From a virus (taxonomy: Duplodnaviria; Caudoviricetes), in the IMG/VR virus record IMGVR_UViG_3300033067_002387, positions 1 to 40,198 of that record: 40,198 nt of DNA. The stretch is one strand, 5' to 3'. Of the stretch, positions 15,187-26,695 are shown in pieces. The position numbers were made by a program, and so were the translations under genes. The notes beneath the pieces were generated by a model, which worked only from the letters and a program-made list of their open reading frames with translations, made no database searches and had not been told where the DNA came from. Every line of letters starts with the position of its first letter. Position 1 is the first letter of the stretch.

Positions 15187-18060
15187 ATGGGACTTCTCGA
15201 TGGCATGACGATCCGCATCCGTGCGGATATCAGCGGATTGACCACCGGCCTCAATGGCGCGGCCGGCCAGATGCGCGCCTTCGCCGGCCAGATGGATCAC
15301 ATCGGCCGCTCGATGAAAGATGTCGGAAAGACGCTTTCGCTCTACCTGACTTTGCCGCTTGAAGAGTTCGGCCGCCACGCGCTCGAAGTTTCCGGCGACT
15401 TCCAGGCGGCGATGTTCCGCGTGCAAGCCCTCAGCCAATCGAGCGCCGAGTCGATGCGCGCGCTCGAAGCTGAAGCGCGCCAGATGGGCGCGACCACTAA
15501 GTTCACCGCCACCGATGCGGCCGATGCGCTCGGCATCATGGCGATGATGGGCTACAACGCATCGAAGATGCTCGCGGCGCTGCCGCAAGTGATGCGGCTC
15601 GCGGCCGCTTCCGGCCTTGAGATGGCGCAAGCGACGAGCGTCGTCGATAACGTGATGGCCGGCTTTCGGCTTCACATCGATGAGCTGGCGCATGCGAACG
15701 ATGTGCTCGTTTCGACCTTCACGCACACCAACACCACGCTCGAAGATTTGGGCGTGGCGATGCGCTATGTCGGCCCGGTCGCCGCCTCGGCGCGCGTTCC
15801 CTTCGAGCAAGTCGCGGCCGCGCTCGGCATGCTCGGCAATGCCGGCCTGCAAGGCTCGATGGGCGGCACCTCGCTTCGCGGCGCTCTCTCGCGCCTCTTG
15901 AGCCCGTCGAAGCAAGTGCGCGACGCCATGGATGCGGCGCATGTTTCGGTGACGCGCTTCGCCAACGGCGGCCTCGACCTGGTTGGCATCATCCGCCAGC
16001 TTGAGTCGCACTCCAACGACGCCGGCTTGATGATGACGCTCTTCGGCCAGCGCGCCGGCCCGGCGATGGCCGCGTTGGCCGGCATGGGCTCGCATGCGCT
16101 GCAAACGCTGGTGGTCACGCTGGAAGCGTCGGAAGGCACCGCCAACCGCGTCGCCGACGCTTACAACCAGGGCCTCAATGGCGCGATCTTTTCGCTCAAG
16201 TCGGCCTTTGAGTCGCTCCAGCTTTCCATCGGCAACGCTGGCGTCACCAGTTTCGTCGAAGGCTTGGCGCGCGGATTGGCCGACCTCTTCCGGAGCCTAT
16301 CGCACGTCAACCCTCAGCTCTTGCTCGCGGTCTCTGGCTTCGCCGCTCTCGTCGCCGCCATCCCGCCGCTGCTGATTATCGTCGGCACAGTGGTTCAAGC
16401 CTTCGGCGCCATCTTCGGCGTCCTCGCCGGCCCGGTCGGCCTTATCGCGCTGCTGCTCAGCGCGGTCGCCGCCTTCGCTTTGTTCTCAGACGTGAAGGCG
16501 CAAATCGATGGCGTCGCGCAAGCGATGCACAACACGGAAGCGCCGATGGCGCGCATCACCGAGCTTAATCAGCAGCTCGCAACGGCATCGCGCGACACGG
16601 CCGCCGCGCTCCGCGATCAGCGGCAAGCCAACCTTGAGCTCCTTCACGCTCAAGCCCAGCAAGCGGACGCGCGCTATCATACGGCGCTTCAAGCCTCGAT
16701 ACGCGGCGGCTTTATGGCCGCGCTGCCGGGCACCGCCACGCAAAACGAGCTTCAGGCCGCCGAGGCCAACCGCACGACCACGCACGCGCAATATCTCGCG
16801 GCGCTTCGCGCGACCAACGACGCCGATTCCGCGCCGCTTCGCCAGCGCCTTTATGATCGCGCCATGGAGCAAAACCTTCGCGACCGGCAGGCCCGCGATT
16901 ATTCGTGGGACGCTTGGGCGCGCGCGCATCCGGATCAGGCCGAGGCGCTTCGGCGCGGCAATCCGGGCGGCGCTCAGCACGCCATCAGCACGAGCACAGT
17001 GGACGACCTCGACCTGACCAACGCCGGCGGCCCCGGCACGGTGCTTCCTTCGACGCGCCGCGCGCAGGAGCTTCAAACGCTTCGCGCGCAGGCGGCCGCT
17101 GTGGGCCTCACCACGCAACAGCTTGAGCATCTGAAGGCGGTCCAAGATGCGCTGAATGAGGCGACCAACGCCGGCGAGCATCTGACGCGCGAGCAAGCCG
17201 AGCAATATGTCAACGAACGCGAGGCGCTGACCAACACCATCAACGCCCGCGAGCGCGCCGAGCAACAACGCCAGCGCGCGCTCGAAGCGGGCTACGAGCA
17301 GCATCGCCAAGCGGTCGAGCAAATCAGCGACAACCAGCACCTCGCCGAGGCGGCCGATCAGGGCGCGGCGGCCTATCGCCGAATGACGATCGCTCTGGAG
17401 CTGATGCATCGCAACGCCAACCTCACCATGGAGGATGCGCTTCAGCTCGCCGACCAAATCGATCAGTCGAACCAACAGCTCGCGCGCGCGCAAGAGCGCA
17501 TGAACCGCATGGGCGACCTCGCGCGCAGCATCGGCGATGCCTTCGGCTCGGCTTTCGAGAAGGCCGTCACCGAGGGCGGCAAGCTATCGGACATGCTGCG
17601 CCAGCTCGCGAAGGACATTCTCTTGCTGGTACTTCGCGCGACCGTCATCCAGCCGCTCGCCAATTCCATCAGCGGCCTCATCAACGGCGCGCTCGGCGGC
17701 GGCAAATCGGGCGGCAAAGGCGGCGGCGCTAAGAGCGGCCTCACGTCTTTCATCACTTCGCTTTTCACCGGCCCGCATGCGGACGGCGGCTTCATCCCGC
17801 CGGGCAAGTGGGGAACGGTCGGCGAGCGCGGCATCGAGGCGGTCTTCGGTGGCCGCACTGGCGTCACCGTGCTTCCGAACAATGCGCTGGGCGGCGGCGG
17901 CGGCGCGCCCTCATTCGTCTTTGCGCCGGTCTATCATTTCGACGGCGCCACGGCTCAAGAGCTGGCGACCTTGCGCCAGCAAACCGCCAACGACCGCGCC
18001 GCCTTCGATATCCGGACGCGCTCGATTGTTGCCGACATGCGCCAGCGCGGGCGGCTCTGA
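15187..18060 (+). CDS. Tape measure protein (TP901-type core)
   Basis: 957 aa helical Ala-rich protein; MGATTKFTA, GLQGSMGGTSLR, C-terminal ADGG...VGERGIE. Confidence 0.95.
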   Translation: MGLLDGMTIRIRADISGLTTGLNGAAGQMRAFAGQMDHIGRSMKDVGKTLSLYLTLPLEEFGRHALEVSGDFQAAMFRVQALSQSSAESMRALEAEARQMGATTKFTATDAADALGIMAMMGYNASKMLAALPQVMRLAAASGLEMAQATSVVDNVMAGFRLHIDELAHANDVLVSTFTHTNTTLEDLGVAMRYVGPVAASARVPFEQVAAALGMLGNAGLQGSMGGTSLRGALSRLLSPSKQVRDAMDAAHVSVTRFANGGLDLVGIIRQLESHSNDAGLMMTLFGQRAGPAMAALAGMGSHALQTLVVTLEASEGTANRVADAYNQGLNGAIFSLKSAFESLQLSIGNAGVTSFVEGLARGLADLFRSLSHVNPQLLLAVSGFAALVAAIPPLLIIVGTVVQAFGAIFGVLAGPVGLIALLLSAVAAFALFSDVKAQIDGVAQAMHNTEAPMARITELNQQLATASRDTAAALRDQRQANLELLHAQAQQADARYHTALQASIRGGFMAALPGTATQNELQAAEANRTTTHAQYLAALRATNDADSAPLRQRLYDRAMEQNLRDRQARDYSWDAWARAHPDQAEALRRGNPGGAQHAISTSTVDDLDLTNAGGPGTVLPSTRRAQELQTLRAQAAAVGLTTQQLEHLKAVQDALNEATNAGEHLTREQAEQYVNEREALTNTINARERAEQQRQRALEAGYEQHRQAVEQISDNQHLAEAADQGAAAYRRMTIALELMHRNANLTMEDALQLADQIDQSNQQLARAQERMNRMGDLARSIGDAFGSAFEKAVTEGGKLSDMLRQLAKDILLLVLRATVIQPLANSISGLINGALGGGKSGGKGGGAKSGLTSFITSLFTGPHADGGFIPPGKWGTVGERGIEAVFGGRTGVTVLPNNALGGGGGAPSFVFAPVYHFDGATAQELATLRQQTANDRAAFDIRTRSIVADMRQRGRL

Positions 18061-18698
18061 TGACCGCGCTCAAGCTCTCGCCGCCGGCGCGCTCGCAATT
18101 CCTCGGCAGCAACTTTCGCCTCATCTTTCCGCAAGCCATCAATCTGCTTCGGAGCGGCGACCATCAAGCCGTCGATCTCGGCGATGCGCTTTGGGCTTGC
18201 GATGTCGATACAACCGACCTCAGCCTCGCGCAGGGCGGAAGCTACAAGTGGCTCCTCGCGCGCTTGCGCGTCATCGGCTCGCTCTACCTCTTCGACAACG
18301 AGCGGCTTTGCCCGCTCGCTTACTATCCCTATGTGGCCGGCGCTTCGCCATGGGGCTCACCGATGGTCGCGGCGGTGCATCAGGACACCAGCACCATCGA
18401 TTGCACTGGCTTTGCGCCGGGCGCCATCATCTCGGCCGGCGATTACGGCCATTGGGATGACGGCCCGGTTCGCATGCTTCACATCTGCGGCCCGGCCGTC
18501 GCGGATGCGAGCGGCAACGCCACCATTTCGGTCGAACCGCCGCCGCCGCCGAGCGCGACGGCGACGTTGCCGGTCCCTTTCGTGATGGAAAAAGCCTCCT
18601 GCGAAATGACTCTGACGGCCGCCAAGCTGCCTTTCGACGCCGCGAGCCGCACCCAGAAACTAAGTCTTAGCGGGGTTCAAGCTATCCGCCGGACATGA
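18060..18698 (+). CDS. Distal tail (Dit-like) protein, paralog A
   Basis: Directly after the tape measure gene (TGATG coupling); ALW...SLYLFD..R..P, GDY, VEPP. Confidence 0.65.
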   Translation: MTALKLSPPARSQFLGSNFRLIFPQAINLLRSGDHQAVDLGDALWACDVDTTDLSLAQGGSYKWLLARLRVIGSLYLFDNERLCPLAYYPYVAGASPWGSPMVAAVHQDTSTIDCTGFAPGAIISAGDYGHWDDGPVRMLHICGPAVADASGNATISVEPPPPPSATATLPVPFVMEKASCEMTLTAAKLPFDAASRTQKLSLSGVQAIRRT

Positions 18699-19381
18699 GC
18701 GGCCTTCCCCTTCCCGCGAGAGCCTATCTCGTCGCCGGCGATTTTGAGCTCCGGCCGATGGTTCTGCAAAGTCCGATCCGCGGTGGCGGCTATCAGGGCG
18801 ACGCCTTCGGCCAAGCGCTTTGGTATGCATCCATCGCCACGACCGATCTGAGCCACGCGCTGGCGGGCGAATATAAGTGGCTGATGGCGAACCGGCGCGG
18901 CGCGCTGAAGAGCATCTATGTCTATGACCCGGCGCGCGTGCTTCCCCTCGCCTATGCTCTCGACTTCTGGGTGACGTGCGACGCGGTCGATGTGACGTGC
19001 GATTCAATCGCCATCACTTGCGATAGCGCGCCCGCTTGGGGCTCGCCGCGCATCGTCGCGGTGAACGCGGCCGCAAGCACGATCGATCTCGATGGCTTCC
19101 AGCCCGGCGCCGTCATCAGCGAAGGCGACTATGGACATTGGGACGATGGCGCGACGCGGCGCTTGCATATTTGCGGCGCCGCCGTCGCCGATGGCGCTGG
19201 CTTAGTGACCGGCCTCGCGGTCGAGCCGCCGCCGCCGGCGTCCAGCGCCTCGCTTCCGGCTTCGTTCACGATGGCGAAAGCGAGCGCGGAGATGCTGATT
19301 CTGAAATCGGGCGTGCCGTTCTCGGGTCTCGCCACAAGCAAGGCGAGCATCGAAGCAATTCAAACCCTCAGAAGCGAGTGA
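18695..19381 (+). CDS. Distal tail (Dit-like) protein, paralog B with TCD-repeat insertion
   Basis: Colinear with paralog A (TTDLS, YKWL, PLAY, WGSP, GDYGHWDDG, LHICG, VEPPPP, KAS). Confidence 0.65.
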   Translation: MSGLPLPARAYLVAGDFELRPMVLQSPIRGGGYQGDAFGQALWYASIATTDLSHALAGEYKWLMANRRGALKSIYVYDPARVLPLAYALDFWVTCDAVDVTCDSIAITCDSAPAWGSPRIVAVNAAASTIDLDGFQPGAVISEGDYGHWDDGATRRLHICGAAVADGAGLVTGLAVEPPPPASSASLPASFTMAKASAEMLILKSGVPFSGLATSKASIEAIQTLRSE

Positions 19382-19388
19382 GAGCAGC

Positions 19389-21749
19389 ATGGGCTTCGAT
19401 CTTATCGGCGTTGGCGCGGCCCCCGGCGATGGCACCGGCGACCCTTTGCGGACCGCCGCTCAAAAGTTCAACGCGGTCGTCACGGCGCTCAATGCCGCCG
19501 GCTGGGGCTCAAGCGGCGGCCCGCGCCCGGTCGTCGATTATGCGACGGCCGCCGCGCTCGCGACCAACACCTATTCCGCCGGCGTCATCACCGCCTCAGC
19601 GAATGGCGCGCTCAGCGTTGACGGCGCCAGCCCGGCGGTCGGCAAGCGCATCTTGGTCAAGGATGAGGCGAGCCAGCTCAAGAATGGCGTCTATGTCGTC
19701 ACGCAAGCCGGCGACGGCACGCATCCCTTCATCCTGACGCGCGCCGGCGATTATGATTCATGGGCTGAGCTGGTCGGCTGCGTCATCGCGGTTCAGCAAG
19801 GCACGGCCAATGCGGAAACCGCTTGGCAATCGAGCGCCAATGACGGCGGCACGCTCGGCACGACCGCCATCGCTTTCGTCGAAGCCAGCGCCGGCACCAT
19901 CAATGCGGCGCGCTGGGCCTATCTCGCGGCCGCGCAATCATTCGGCGGCAACCTTCTCGCGGCCGTCGACCTCGCCGGATATGTGACGGCGTTGGGCGGC
20001 GCAAGCTCTGTGCGCTCAGCGCTCGGGCTGGTGATTGGCACAAACGTCCAAGCCTACAGCGCCAATCTCGTCACCTATGCTTCCATCGCGCCGACCGCCA
20101 ACGCGCAAACGCTGCTCGGCCATACGTTCTCGCAAATGGTGAGCGATCTTGGCCTGGTTATCGGCACCAATGTTCAAGCCTATAACGCCAATCTGACGAC
20201 CTACGCGGCGGTGGCCCCGAGCGCCAACGCTCAGACTTTGCTCGGCCACACCTTCTCTCAGATGCGGACCGATCTTGGCTTGGTCATCGGCACCGATGTG
20301 CAAGCCTATAATGCGAACCTGACGACCTATGCGAGCGTCGCACCGAGCGCCAATGCTCAGACGCTTCTCGGCCATACCTTCGCGCAAATGCGAACCGATC
20401 TTGGACTGGCCATCGGAACCAACGTCCAGGCATGGAGCGCCAATCTCGATTCGCTCGCCGGCTTCACCACCGACACCGACGCGACGATGGCGGCCAATTC
20501 CAACACGCGCCTCGCGACGCAAGCGGCTATCGTCTCTTATGTTTCGACGCTGCTCGATGGGCGGCAATGGAAGCAGCCGGTTCGCGTGATTGCGACCACC
20601 AACGGCGCGCTCGCCACCGCTTACGCAAACGGACAAAGCGTCGATGGCGTGACGCTGGCGACCGGCGACCGCATCGCCATCACCGGCCAAACCGCCGGCG
20701 CTGAAAATGGCATCTACACGGTCAACGCCTCTGGCGCGCCCACGCGCACGAGCGATTCCGACACGTCCGCCGAGCTGGTCAATGCGACTTTCATGGTGAA
20801 GGAAGGCACGACCTATCACGACACCGAATGGACGTGCACCAACAATGGCTCAATCACGGTCGGCACCACGGCGCTGACCTTCGCGCAAATCGGCGCGGGC
20901 GGCGGCACCTATTCGGCTGACGGCACCACGCTCACGCTGACGGGCTCGACTTTTTCCATCACCACCAACGGCGTCGGCAACGCTCAATTGCGCCAGGGCG
21001 CGGCCAATAGCGTCGTCGGCCGCGCCGCCAATTCGACAGGCAATCTCGCCGATATCGCGGCGACGGTTGTCGGCTCGCGCCTCTCGCTCATCGGCACCGC
21101 GCTTCAATTCTCGACCGTCAACGATCTGACGAACGATGCCGCGCCCGATATGAGCGCCGATTATGTCGAGACCTATGACGCCTCGGCCTCACTGCCCAAG
21201 AAGATCCTGGCCAAGCTGATCGGCGCGGGCACCGAGGCGGTGTGGTTTGACGCGGCCGCCATGGCCCCGCGCGCCTCCAACGGCTGCACCGCGGTGGCGA
21301 CGCTCGAAACCACGACCAACAAGAACAATTACGACTATCTCAGCTTCGACCCGAGCACGACGCAATATGCCTGCGGCAAGCTTCGCGCGCCGAAGGGCTT
21401 CTCAAACAACAACATCGCCGGCGTCGTCTTTGTCTGGGCCCACCCATCGACCGCCACCAATTTTGGCATTGTCTGGGGCTTCCAAGCTTCCGGCCGAGGC
21501 GATGGCGATGCGCTCGATATTGCGTGGGGCACCGCGCAGGAAGTCACCGATGCCGGCGGCGCGACCGATACTTGCTATATCAGCGCGGCGACGGCGGCGG
21601 TGACGCCCGGCGGCTCATTCGCCGCTGAAGATCTGCTGCCCTTCCAGATTTATCGCAACGCGACGAGCGGCTCCGACACGCTGGCGGTCGCCGGCCGCTT
21701 GCTCGGGATCGCGGTTCTCTTCACCTCCAGCCAAAACACGGACGCCTAA
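19389..21749 (+). CDS. Tail fibre/receptor-binding protein
   Basis: N-terminal GDGTGDPLRTA (T4 gp9/gp10-like), two VDG...G(K/D)RI...NG(V/I)Y domains, internal repeats, Thr/Ala/Gly-rich. Confidence 0.85.
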   Translation: MGFDLIGVGAAPGDGTGDPLRTAAQKFNAVVTALNAAGWGSSGGPRPVVDYATAAALATNTYSAGVITASANGALSVDGASPAVGKRILVKDEASQLKNGVYVVTQAGDGTHPFILTRAGDYDSWAELVGCVIAVQQGTANAETAWQSSANDGGTLGTTAIAFVEASAGTINAARWAYLAAAQSFGGNLLAAVDLAGYVTALGGASSVRSALGLVIGTNVQAYSANLVTYASIAPTANAQTLLGHTFSQMVSDLGLVIGTNVQAYNANLTTYAAVAPSANAQTLLGHTFSQMRTDLGLVIGTDVQAYNANLTTYASVAPSANAQTLLGHTFAQMRTDLGLAIGTNVQAWSANLDSLAGFTTDTDATMAANSNTRLATQAAIVSYVSTLLDGRQWKQPVRVIATTNGALATAYANGQSVDGVTLATGDRIAITGQTAGAENGIYTVNASGAPTRTSDSDTSAELVNATFMVKEGTTYHDTEWTCTNNGSITVGTTALTFAQIGAGGGTYSADGTTLTLTGSTFSITTNGVGNAQLRQGAANSVVGRAANSTGNLADIAATVVGSRLSLIGTALQFSTVNDLTNDAAPDMSADYVETYDASASLPKKILAKLIGAGTEAVWFDAAAMAPRASNGCTAVATLETTTNKNNYDYLSFDPSTTQYACGKLRAPKGFSNNNIAGVVFVWAHPSTATNFGIVWGFQASGRGDGDALDIAWGTAQEVTDAGGATDTCYISAATAAVTPGGSFAAEDLLPFQIYRNATSGSDTLAVAGRLLGIAVLFTSSQNTDA
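20022..20447 (+). repeat. 126-nt (42-aa) in-frame tandem repeat, about 3.4 copies
   Basis: Units start at 20022, 20148, 20274, 20400: LGLVIGTNVQAYxANLxTYAxxAPxANAQTLLGHTFxQMxxD. Confidence 0.95.
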
Positions 21750-22261
21750 TGAGCACCAGCCTTTTTGCGCGCATCGCCGATGACGGATCGGTTGAAGAGA
21801 TTTTGCAATTGGAGGCCGCGCTTGTCGCCTCGCACAAGCTCGCGCCGGATGGCGGCCCGCGCTTGCGGCCGCTGGTGCAATCGCCGCCGCCGAATTTCAA
21901 CGCCGCGCTTGAGGTCCGCACCATGACCTATGCGGTCAGCCAGGCCGATGTGCTGGAAGTCTGGCTTGTTGCTCGCCAAGGCGCGGAGGCGCAGAAGGCG
22001 GCGGTCGATGCCGAGGCGAGCCGGCGCATCCTGGCCGTGCTTCCAAGCTGGAAGCAAACCAACATGATCGCGCGATCGGTCGAGCTTCAGCAAATCGCGG
22101 CCGCGCGCGCTCTCTCAGCCGATGAGCTTGGCGAGCATGCGGCGATGGCCGCCGCTTGGGCTTGGGTGAAGGCCGTGCGCGCCGCGAGCAACGTCCTCAA
22201 TGCGGCCAATCCCATTCCGCTCGATTTTGCTGAGGACACGCATTGGCCCGCCCCGCTCTAA
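21749..22261 (+). CDS. Putative tail fibre assembly chaperone
   Basis: Follows the fibre gene; WKQTN...WAWVKAVRAASN...IPLDF...HWP C-terminus typical of such chaperones. Confidence 0.6.
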   Translation: MSTSLFARIADDGSVEEILQLEAALVASHKLAPDGGPRLRPLVQSPPPNFNAALEVRTMTYAVSQADVLEVWLVARQGAEAQKAAVDAEASRRILAVLPSWKQTNMIARSVELQQIAAARALSADELGEHAAMAAAWAWVKAVRAASNVLNAANPIPLDFAEDTHWPAPL

Positions 22262-23148
22262 TCCTTCCGCCGCGCCCGCCGCTCATCGTCGAAAAGCCCT
22301 CGGCTCAAATTCTATTGGGGCCAGGGCTTGCGCTCTATTCGGAGGCGCGCTTCGAGCGGCGGCACGATTTGCCCGCCGGCTCGCACCGCATCGTGCTGGA
22401 GGGACCCGATGATTATGCGGCGTTCGCACCGCGCGTTGGCGACGCTTGTTTCGCTCGCTTCCTCGAAGCGCTTCACGATGGCGATCCGCTGGCGATCACA
22501 GCCTTTCGCCACATCTTCGGCCGCCGCCGGCGCGCGGGTGCTGCCTTTTCGCCGTATACAGACTTTGCGACGAGCGGCTCGGGCTTATGGACCGCGCCGG
22601 CGGGCGCGGGACACGGCGCGCTCACCAGCATCGGCGGCGGCGGCGGCGGCGATTGCGCGACCACGTCGGGCAACGTGCGCGGCGGCGGCGGCGGCGCTTA
22701 TTGCTTCGACGCCGCGTTTGCGGTGACTCCTGGCGATCATATCAATTATGCGTGCGGCGCCCAAGGCGTTGGCGCCTTTGGCGGCGGCCCCGGCAATGGC
22801 ACTCCCGGCGGCGCGACTTCAACATCGAGCGGGACCGGCGGATTTTCCGGCCGCGCTCATAGCGCCGGCGGCGGTAACGGCGGAACAACTGCGGCGGTTG
22901 GCGCCGGTGGCGTAGCCAGTGGCGGCGCAACCACCAACACAAACGGAAGCGCCGGCGGCGTTGGGCTCAGCCCATCTAAAGGCGGCGACTCAGGGTCGGG
23001 CGCCGCTGGCGGCATCAACGATGACGGCACCGCCGGGCCAGCAAGCGGCGCCAATTACGGCGCTGGCGGCGGCGCCGCAAAGGTTTCGTCCGGATTTGCC
23101 GGCGGCGCGGGCGGTCTAGCCTATTCCGGCGTCAGTTGGACAGCTTGA
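22243..23148 (+). CDS. Glycine-rich minor tail protein
   Basis: TTG start with GAGGA SD; WTAPAG...GGGGGG...GGGGAY...VTPG glycine-rich domain. Confidence 0.7.
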   Translation: MARPALILPPRPPLIVEKPSAQILLGPGLALYSEARFERRHDLPAGSHRIVLEGPDDYAAFAPRVGDACFARFLEALHDGDPLAITAFRHIFGRRRRAGAAFSPYTDFATSGSGLWTAPAGAGHGALTSIGGGGGGDCATTSGNVRGGGGGAYCFDAAFAVTPGDHINYACGAQGVGAFGGGPGNGTPGGATSTSSGTGGFSGRAHSAGGGNGGTTAAVGAGGVASGGATTNTNGSAGGVGLSPSKGGDSGSGAAGGINDDGTAGPASGANYGAGGGAAKVSSGFAGGAGGLAYSGVSWTA

Positions 23149-23188
23149 GTTAACGCGCAATCAATCGAGCCCGCGCACGTTGCGCGAC

Positions 23189-23887
23189 ATGCCGATCACA
23201 TTAACAGCCGATCAGCGCGCCGCGCTTCGCCGCAACGCCATCGGCGTTCGCACGCTGATGGATATCTATCTCGACAGCGGCCGCTATTCCTTTTGGGACG
23301 GCTGGCGCAATTGGACTTATGGCGGCGCGGCCTATCTCGCGGCGGCTGAATTTTGCGAGATGAGCGCCATCCAAACCGGCCAAGACCTCGGCGCGGAAGG
23401 CATCACCGTCAAGCTCAATGGCACCAAGCTTTTGGATGGCGTGCCGGGCGGTGGCGATCCCGGCGCCCTCTTCGGTCAAATCGAGGCCGAGACCTATCAG
23501 CTCAGGCGGGTCAATATTCAATTCGCCTTCATCGATGCCGAGACGCGCGCGCTGCTCTTTGTCATCCGCCGCTATTCGGGACTCATCGATCAATTCCGCC
23601 AGAGCGAGGAAATGGGCGCCGATGGGCGCGCGCAAGCCATCCTCACGATGTCGCTGGAAAGCGTGGCGCGGCGCTACGGCAATCGCGGCGGGCGCACGCG
23701 CAGCCATGAAGATCAGAACGAGATATGGCCGGGCGACACCGGCTTGAAGTTTGTCTCGGCATCCATCGCTGGCGCCGGCGCGGTTTATTGGGGCCGCTCG
23801 AAGCCGGCCGCTGTGGGCGTCCATAGCGGCGGAAGCGGCGGTGTTTTTGGGCGCGTCAACGACGCCATCAAAACGCTGTTCGGTTGA
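23189..23887 (+). CDS. Tail tip/hub protein (gpL/DUF2163-like)
   Basis: Position before the NlpC-like and J genes; RTRSHEDQ..WPGDTGLKFV...VYWG. Confidence 0.7.
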   Translation: MPITLTADQRAALRRNAIGVRTLMDIYLDSGRYSFWDGWRNWTYGGAAYLAAAEFCEMSAIQTGQDLGAEGITVKLNGTKLLDGVPGGGDPGALFGQIEAETYQLRRVNIQFAFIDAETRALLFVIRRYSGLIDQFRQSEEMGADGRAQAILTMSLESVARRYGNRGGRTRSHEDQNEIWPGDTGLKFVSASIAGAGAVYWGRSKPAAVGVHSGGSGGVFGRVNDAIKTLFG

Positions 23888-24302
23888 TGCCGATGCAGCT
23901 CACTCGCTTTCCCGATTGGCGCATCAGGCTCGCCGCCTTCATCGAGGCCAATCGCTCGCGGCGCTTCGATTGGGAGGCCGCGCATAATTGCGGAACCTTC
24001 GCCGCCGACTTGGCGATGGCGATCACTGGCGGCCCCGATATCGCTGGCCCCTTTCGCCATTGCCACACGCGCTTCAGCGCGGCGCGCCAGCTCATGCGCC
24101 TCGGGCATCGCAGCATCGTCGAATATTTCGACGCGATCTTGCCGCAAGCGCGCCGGCCATTGCTCGGCGATTTTGTTGTGCTGCATCGCCCGCCGCTCGA
24201 TTTGGTCATGGTCTATGCCGGGCGCGGCCAAGTCTGGGGCCAAGGCGACGATGGCCTCGAATTGATTCCGCTGGCTGACAGCGCTTTGGCTTGGAGCATC
24301 TG

Positions 24303-24303
<1 letters not shown>
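23887..24303 (+). CDS. NlpC/P60-like (DUF6950-type) tail tip protein
   Basis: FDW...NCGTFAAD and GDFV motifs; synteny equivalent to lambda K. Confidence 0.75.
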
Positions 24304-26252
<1,949 letters not shown>

Positions 26253-26272
26253 AGCGCAAGGATGCTTTGAAG

Positions 26273-26671
26273 ATGACCGACCTCAGCTATCAGCACAAAG
26301 CGACGCTCCCGGATCGCGGCGACGGCAAGCGCCGGCATATCTGGCACGCGCCGGCGACCGACACGCATGTTCGCATACACATCGAGCCGCGCGACAACGG
26401 CTTCGGCTCGCCGCTGTTTGTGATGACCGGCTCTATTGCCGAGCCTGATGGCCGCGTCATGCGCGATGCATCGGGCGCGCCTTTGCTGCATCGGCCGGAT
26501 CATCCGCACCATTTTCAGATCGAGAGCTTCGAGGCCACGCTCGATGGCCCCGCGCCGAGCGCCGAGGAAATCGCGGCGAAAATGAAGACCGATTTTCTCG
26601 CGCAACAGCGGTTCATTGTGGCGCGCGTGGAAGAGTGGGCGACCAAGCGGCGCGTCGCGGCCGCGCTCTAA
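26273..26671 (+). CDS. Hypothetical protein (132 aa)
   Basis: ATG at 26273 after the J stop; fits operon packing and codon style. Confidence 0.6.
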   Translation: MTDLSYQHKATLPDRGDGKRRHIWHAPATDTHVRIHIEPRDNGFGSPLFVMTGSIAEPDGRVMRDASGAPLLHRPDHPHHFQIESFEATLDGPAPSAEEIAAKMKTDFLAQQRFIVARVEEWATKRRVAAAL

Positions 26672-26695
26672 TCCTCTCGGGGGCGGCTTGGCGTC

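Noticed and set aside
20022-20447. Possible CRISPR array or DGR template/variable repeat
   Set aside because: In-frame coding repeats without spacers; differences are not adenine-specific and no reverse transcriptase or cas gene is present.
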